Positions 59,270 through 64,000 of a stretch of DNA of 64,000 nt are shown here, one piece after another (the stretch's first letter is position 1; every line of letters begins with the position of its first letter). The notes beneath the pieces were generated by a model, which was given only the letters and a program-made list of their open reading frames with translations, did no database searches and was not told where the DNA came from. The stretch comes from Candidatus Cryptobacteroides choladohippi (lineage in GTDB: Bacteria; Bacteroidota; Bacteroidia; Bacteroidales; UBA932). Made by a program: the position numbers and the translations under genes. The stretch lies in assembly GCA_018065985.1 (NCBI GenBank), contig JAGHSF010000019.1:6328-70327 (forward strand), written 5' to 3'.

Positions 59270-61876
59270 ATGAAAAAGACATTGTTATTCGCATTCGTTG
59301 CCGGAGTTCTTGCTCTGGCAGGATGCTCAAAGGACTCCGACCTCTCAAAGAAGGTCGACAACCTCGACAAGAGAGTATCAACGCTCGAGGAGCAGGTTAA
59401 GGAACTGAACGAGCAGACAGTTCCCGGTATCCGCAATCTCGTTGCCGCAATTCAGGGCAATGTATACTGCACAAGCGTAGTCGACAATGGAAACGGCTAC
59501 ACCATCAAGTTCTCAAACGGAACACAGGCTACCATCACCAATGGTAAGGATGGAAAGGATGGCAAAGACGGTAAGGACGGAAAGGACGGCGACAAGGGCG
59601 ATACTCCCGTCATCAGCTGCGCTGAGTTCGAGGGCGAGTTCTACTGGACTTGCGACGGCGAATTCCTGACCGACGCCGAGGGAAACAAGATCCCCGTTCA
59701 CAAGAAACTTCCCACCTTCATGATCATCGAAGGCAAGTGGAATGTATCTTATGACGACGGCGAGACCTGGCAGGTAGTTCCCAAGATGGGTGAAAGCGAA
59801 CAGATTCCCATCTCTATCGTGGACAGCGAGGAGAGCGTTACCTTCTATATCGGCGACAAGTCTTACGTCATCAAGAAAGAGGTTCCCTTCTACATGGTAT
59901 TCGAACAGCGCACCGACCTCGGTGTGGTTGAAGGCGAGACCGCTTCATTCCCCTACACCATCATGGGTGCAAAGGAGGACGACGAAGTCGAGGTTGACAT
60001 TCTCAATGTGATCGGTACCTGGGATGCAGAGGTTGAAGCAACCGACGCCACATCAGGAAACGTCAAGGTCACCAACAACGGTGGCAATGCAAAGGTGTTC
60101 GTATACGCTGCCAACGGCCGCGGCAAGACCGACATCAAGTCTCTCGTATTCGAGGGCGGTGTACTTACCGCAACCGTATCCGCATCTTCAGTAAAAGCTG
60201 AAGGTGGCGAGGTTGAGCTCGAAATCACCACAAACATGAACTACGAGATCAGCATCGATGCTGACTGGCTCGCAGTTGCTCCCGAGACCAAGGCAACCCA
60301 CACCGACAACATCACTCTCGTTGCCGAGGCAAACACTACCGGCAATGCGCGCACCGCTACCGTAAGCATAGTCGGCGAGGGTATCAGCCAGGAGTTCGAG
60401 ATTCTCCAGGAGTCTGGCGAGGCACCTGATTATGAAATCGACATCACCGTTGAGAACATAACCTACAACTCGGCTGACGTAACATTCACACCCAACGACA
60501 ACAATGTATATTACATTCCCGCAGTCGAGACTGCAGGATATGTAGAGCAGTTCTCAAGCGATGATGAACTGATTGCAGCCGACCTTGAATACTGGGAGGA
60601 TTATTACGAGACTTACAAAAGTGAAATTGAGGATGTATATGGTATTACCACATTCAAGGAATACATTCTCGAATGTGTTGCTAAAACAGGAGAATACGCT
60701 AATACATTTGGTAATAAGAAGGCAAACAGCAAATATTACGCATACGCATTCTGCATCGACGAGGATCTCAATGCAGTATCCGGCGTGTTCAAGCAGGACT
60801 TCACAACAGAAGAGATGTCTGGCGATGGCTCATACGAGGATTATCTTGGAGAATGGGAACTCGGAACAAATCTCCTTACCATATCTGAAAAGGAAAATGG
60901 CAAGACTTATAATGTGACCGGTTTCTCCAACATGACCAACTCTACCTTCAATTATAGCATTGCAGCCGTTGAGGCTTCATTTGAGAATGGCTTGTTCGTT
61001 CTCAAAGAGCAGGATTTCGAAGAGACAGGCTACTACACAACTTATGGAAACCTCAACATCGCTCTGACTGGCATCAATGCAAGTGGAACGCCGTCTTATC
61101 CTTGGTCTACCGGAACCCCTTCAGTCCTGATCTATGGTAACTATAACAAGGCAGGCAACGTCATCGACGTTACCAGTGATTTTGCAAAAATAGTATTCTC
61201 TTGGATCATTCAGGAGGGTAGCAACAAAGGAAGAGGCAATTACAATCTTAATGCTGCAACAATCACATCATCAATGACAAGGCCAAAGGAGATGCCTGAG
61301 GAACTCTTTGGAACCTATGTATGTCCCGAAGCTACAGAGGGCTTTACAGAAAACCCTGATACATATACGAACTGGACTTGGGTTATAAAGAAATCAGGTA
61401 CCGGTGTCGCAATCGAAGGTTATGACGCATCACTTGATGAAATATGTGAAGCTAACAATCTGAAAAAATGCGTTCCTGTTCTGACATGGGATGAGTCAGC
61501 AAGCACACTCACTCTGGCTGACAAGACAGAGACCGGTCTTTCTGTTAGTGGAACATCCGTTGTATGGAGAGGAATCCTTGGAGGATACTATCAAGATACC
61601 GTATGGGATGTTGACCTTGAAGCAGGCACAATCTCACTTGCATGTGACGGATTCCAGGCACGCGCTACAAACGCATCCTCATATTTCAAGGCCCCTCTTG
61701 TATTCACAAAGACGGATTCTGCAACAGCATCAGTCAAGTCTACAGGAAACGGTCATGCCAAGGATGCATCAATAGAGGCTGAAACAATTGCAGTTCCGGC
61801 TTATCAGAAGATGGTTCCCGCAAAGATGGGAGAGAATGCTATCAAGAGCACGCGCAGCCTTTCTATCACAAAGTAA
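59270..61876 (+). CDS. Large surface lipoprotein: coiled-coil plus collagen-like (GKD)n N-terminal module (DUF4988/PL29-N-like), BACON-like domain and low-GC C-terminal modules
   Basis: The lipobox reads ALAGC. A heptad region reads VDNLDKRVSTLEEQVKELNEQ, followed by NGKDGKDGKDGKDGKDGDKGD. A BACON-like segment reads AEGGEVELEITTNMNYEISIDADWLAV...NARTATVSI. I see no catalytic motif. Confidence 0.55.
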   Translation: MKKTLLFAFVAGVLALAGCSKDSDLSKKVDNLDKRVSTLEEQVKELNEQTVPGIRNLVAAIQGNVYCTSVVDNGNGYTIKFSNGTQATITNGKDGKDGKDGKDGKDGDKGDTPVISCAEFEGEFYWTCDGEFLTDAEGNKIPVHKKLPTFMIIEGKWNVSYDDGETWQVVPKMGESEQIPISIVDSEESVTFYIGDKSYVIKKEVPFYMVFEQRTDLGVVEGETASFPYTIMGAKEDDEVEVDILNVIGTWDAEVEATDATSGNVKVTNNGGNAKVFVYAANGRGKTDIKSLVFEGGVLTATVSASSVKAEGGEVELEITTNMNYEISIDADWLAVAPETKATHTDNITLVAEANTTGNARTATVSIVGEGISQEFEILQESGEAPDYEIDITVENITYNSADVTFTPNDNNVYYIPAVETAGYVEQFSSDDELIAADLEYWEDYYETYKSEIEDVYGITTFKEYILECVAKTGEYANTFGNKKANSKYYAYAFCIDEDLNAVSGVFKQDFTTEEMSGDGSYEDYLGEWELGTNLLTISEKENGKTYNVTGFSNMTNSTFNYSIAAVEASFENGLFVLKEQDFEETGYYTTYGNLNIALTGINASGTPSYPWSTGTPSVLIYGNYNKAGNVIDVTSDFAKIVFSWIIQEGSNKGRGNYNLNAATITSSMTRPKEMPEELFGTYVCPEATEGFTENPDTYTNWTWVIKKSGTGVAIEGYDASLDEICEANNLKKCVPVLTWDESASTLTLADKTETGLSVSGTSVVWRGILGGYYQDTVWDVDLEAGTISLACDGFQARATNASSYFKAPLVFTKTDSATASVKSTGNGHAKDASIEAETIAVPAYQKMVPAKMGENAIKSTRSLSITK

Positions 61877-61898
61877 TAAACACTTTGATATTTTAATA

Positions 61899-61933
61899 AC
61901 AAGCCGGCTGAAAGAATCAGCCGGCTTGTTTGT
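61899..61933 (+). terminator. Rho-independent terminator ending Sus-like locus 2
   Basis: acaagccggctga-aagaa-tcagccggcttgt forms a 13-bp perfect stem followed by ttgtc. Confidence 0.8.
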
Positions 61934-62012
61934 CATATGACCGACCTGTTCTATGAAGTCAGAAATGAGACTTTACAAAAAAAATACTATTTTTGTTTAA
62001 AATAAATTTAGT

Positions 62013-64000
62013 ATGATCGCGAAAACTGCGAAAATAGGATTGATTGCCATAGGGGCGGCGATGTTGCTTGCCTCCTGCGCAAAGGAAAGCGGATTCAAGG
62101 AACAGACATATACCGGTTCAACCACGGAAAAGACTGACAAGCCGGCAACCCCTGCCGATGACCTTGAGAGAATGAGGTTCATCCCGGGAGAGGCCGTAGT
62201 GCTGTTCTCCGAGGAGATGACGGACAAGATAGAGAATAACGCCATCGATCTCGAAGGACTGCGCAAGGAGCTTGGAATAAGCAACATGGAAAGACTGTTC
62301 CCCTACGCAGGCGAGTTTGAGAAAAGGACCAGGGCCGAAGGCCTGCACAGGTTCTATCTTGTCGACTTTGACGCAGCGGTCAGCCTCAGCAAGGCCGAAA
62401 GGGCTTTCCAGTCCATGGGAGGCGTGGAATGCTTCGAGCGCCAGCACAAGGTCACCGACCTCACGGTCAATGACACCAACTTCTCTAAGCTCTGGGCGCT
62501 CTCGAGCGCTGCCAGCCCAAAGACAAACATACACGTGGAGCCTGTGTGGGCATACACAATGGGCGATCCCAACGTCATAGTCAATGTGGTCGACACAGGC
62601 ATAGACCTGAACCACGAAGACCTCAGCTGGAACTGCAGCAAGGAGAACAACTTCAACTTTGTGAGGAACAACGAAATTATTACTGCCGGTGAGCACGGAA
62701 CACACGTAGCCGGAACCATTGCCGGCGTCGGCAACAATGCCAAAGGTGTGATCGGAATAGCCGGTGGTGACTATGAGGCCGGCAAAAGGGGCGTGACCTT
62801 GCTCAGTTCCCAGGTATTCTCAGACAACGGGTCGGCAAGAAGTTTTGCAAACGCCATCAAATGGGGCGCCGACCATGGCGCAGTCATCAGCCAGAACAGC
62901 TGGGGCTACGACTACGACTACGACAAGAACGGCAAACTGGAAGGCCAGGAGCTTCAGGATGCTCTTGCAGCCAAGGCAGACAATGCACTCAAGGCCGCTG
63001 TAGACTATTTCATCAAATATGCCGGATGCGACTCTGATGGCAACCAGGCCGAAGGGGCACCCATGAAGGGCGGTCTCGTGGTCTTTGCTGCAGGAAACGA
63101 CGGCATTGCCAACGGAGCACCCGCCAACTATGAGCCTGTTCTGGCCGTAGGAGCCGTCAAAAAGACGGGATTGCTCGACAGCTACTCGAACTATGGCAAA
63201 TGGGTGGACATGTGCGCCCCCGGAACCGATATCTACAGCACCATTCCCGGCAACAGGTACGCCAGCCTCTCCGGCACATCGATGGCCTGTCCCCACGTTT
63301 CCGGAGCAGCCGCCCTGCTGCTTTCATACTTCCAGAAGTATGGCCTGACATGCGATGACCTTCAGGACATGCTGCTCAAGGGAGCAAATCCTGACATTGT
63401 AGGCTATTCCGGAAAGGCATGCGGACCGTACCTCGATGTCAACTCCTCATTCCAGTACGGAATCGAGAAATACATACGCAAGTACAACAACGACCCCATC
63501 ATTGAACCTGACTATGTGGGAGATCTGATCTTCCGCCACTGGGAAGAGGCCAAGATTCCCTTCCACATATATGATCCCGACGGTGACAGCGTCGAGGTCA
63601 CAGCAAAGTTCGACGGTCGCGGAAGCCTTGAAAAGGACCCGGTCAAGGAAGATACATACATCATCTCCGTACTCTGCCAGCTGGTCAGCAGCACAGAGCC
63701 CCAGACCTTCACAATCACGGCAAAGGACATCTACAAGGCTGCAGCCGTAAAGGAATTCAGCTATACCGTCATCCCCAACAGGGATCCTGTGGCTAACAGG
63801 GGCCTCGACAACCTTCTTCTGAACATGGGCGGCAACGTCCCGGAAATCGACCTCACGGGACTGTTCTCCGATCCGGATGAAGAGCCGTTGAAGACCATTG
63901 TGACCACATCGCCTTCAGGAATCATCGATGCAGGTATCAAAGACAACAGACTCAGCCTCTCCCTAACCAACACCGGACTTACCACCGTATCTGTAGTGGC
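62013..64000 (+). CDS. S8-family (subtilisin-like) serine peptidase lipoprotein, paralogue of 35324..37579; C-terminus beyond the right window edge
   Basis: This is my own translation; the ORF is open at the window end and so is absent from the track. It starts MIAKTAKIGLIAIGAAMLLASC (lipobox). The triad contexts are VVDTGIDLNHEDL, EHGTHVAGTIAG and GTSMACPHVSGAAALLL. It shares WGADHGA(L/V)ISQNSWGY, AAVDYFIK.AGCD and KGGLVVFAAGN blocks with the first S8 gene. Confidence 0.88.
   Translation, partial: MIAKTAKIGLIAIGAAMLLASCAKESGFKEQTYTGSTTEKTDKPATPADDLERMRFIPGEAVVLFSEEMTDKIENNAIDLEGLRKELGISNMERLFPYAGEFEKRTRAEGLHRFYLVDFDAAVSLSKAERAFQSMGGVECFERQHKVTDLTVNDTNFSKLWALSSAASPKTNIHVEPVWAYTMGDPNVIVNVVDTGIDLNHEDLSWNCSKENNFNFVRNNEIITAGEHGTHVAGTIAGVGNNAKGVIGIAGGDYEAGKRGVTLLSSQVFSDNGSARSFANAIKWGADHGAVISQNSWGYDYDYDKNGKLEGQELQDALAAKADNALKAAVDYFIKYAGCDSDGNQAEGAPMKGGLVVFAAGNDGIANGAPANYEPVLAVGAVKKTGLLDSYSNYGKWVDMCAPGTDIYSTIPGNRYASLSGTSMACPHVSGAAALLLSYFQKYGLTCDDLQDMLLKGANPDIVGYSGKACGPYLDVNSSFQYGIEKYIRKYNNDPIIEPDYVGDLIFRHWEEAKIPFHIYDPDGDSVEVTAKFDGRGSLEKDPVKEDTYIISVLCQLVSSTEPQTFTITAKDIYKAAAVKEFSYTVIPNRDPVANRGLDNLLLNMGGNVPEIDLTGLFSDPDEEPLKTIVTTSPSGIIDAGIKDNRLSLSLTNTGLTTVSVV

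Overview
The window reads as a chromosomal segment of a relatively GC-rich Bacteroidales genome. This is inferred from SusC/SusD pairs, the atpDC-BEFHAG gene order, TAnnTTTG-type promoter boxes and a T9SS-type C-terminal domain. No database search was possible. Most of it is densely packed housekeeping DNA. This includes uvrA (partial), recO, an NfnAB-like oxidoreductase pair, a rseC-rnfBCDGEA operon, dnaB, alaS, a complete F-type ATP synthase operon followed by a tRNA-Pro, two M23 peptidases and a thiamine diphosphokinase.

Two Sus-like outer-membrane import loci are embedded in it, at 29.0-34.9 kb (minus strand) and 49.7-61.9 kb (plus strand). Neither contains a recognisable glycoside hydrolase. 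Each sits next to one of two paralogous subtilisin-like (S8) peptidases. The larger locus also encodes an HExxH zinc-metallohydrolase lipoprotein, a DUF4302-like protein and two very large BACON-containing lipoproteins.

Other points worth a second look:
- A GC-rich palindromic repeat found once intergenically and as an in-frame tandem insertion inside the nfnB-like gene.
- A single 800-codon ORF fusing an LptF/LptG-type permease to methionyl-tRNA formyltransferase.
- A secreted protein with a His/Tyr-rich core and a roughly 230-residue Ser/Ala/Thr/Arg tandem-repeat tail.
- A sharp GC drop inside one ORF.
- A tRNA-Pro read with anticodon AGG.
- An ORF-less promoter-to-terminator unit.

I saw no CRISPR array, rRNA, transposase, integrase or recognisable defence system.
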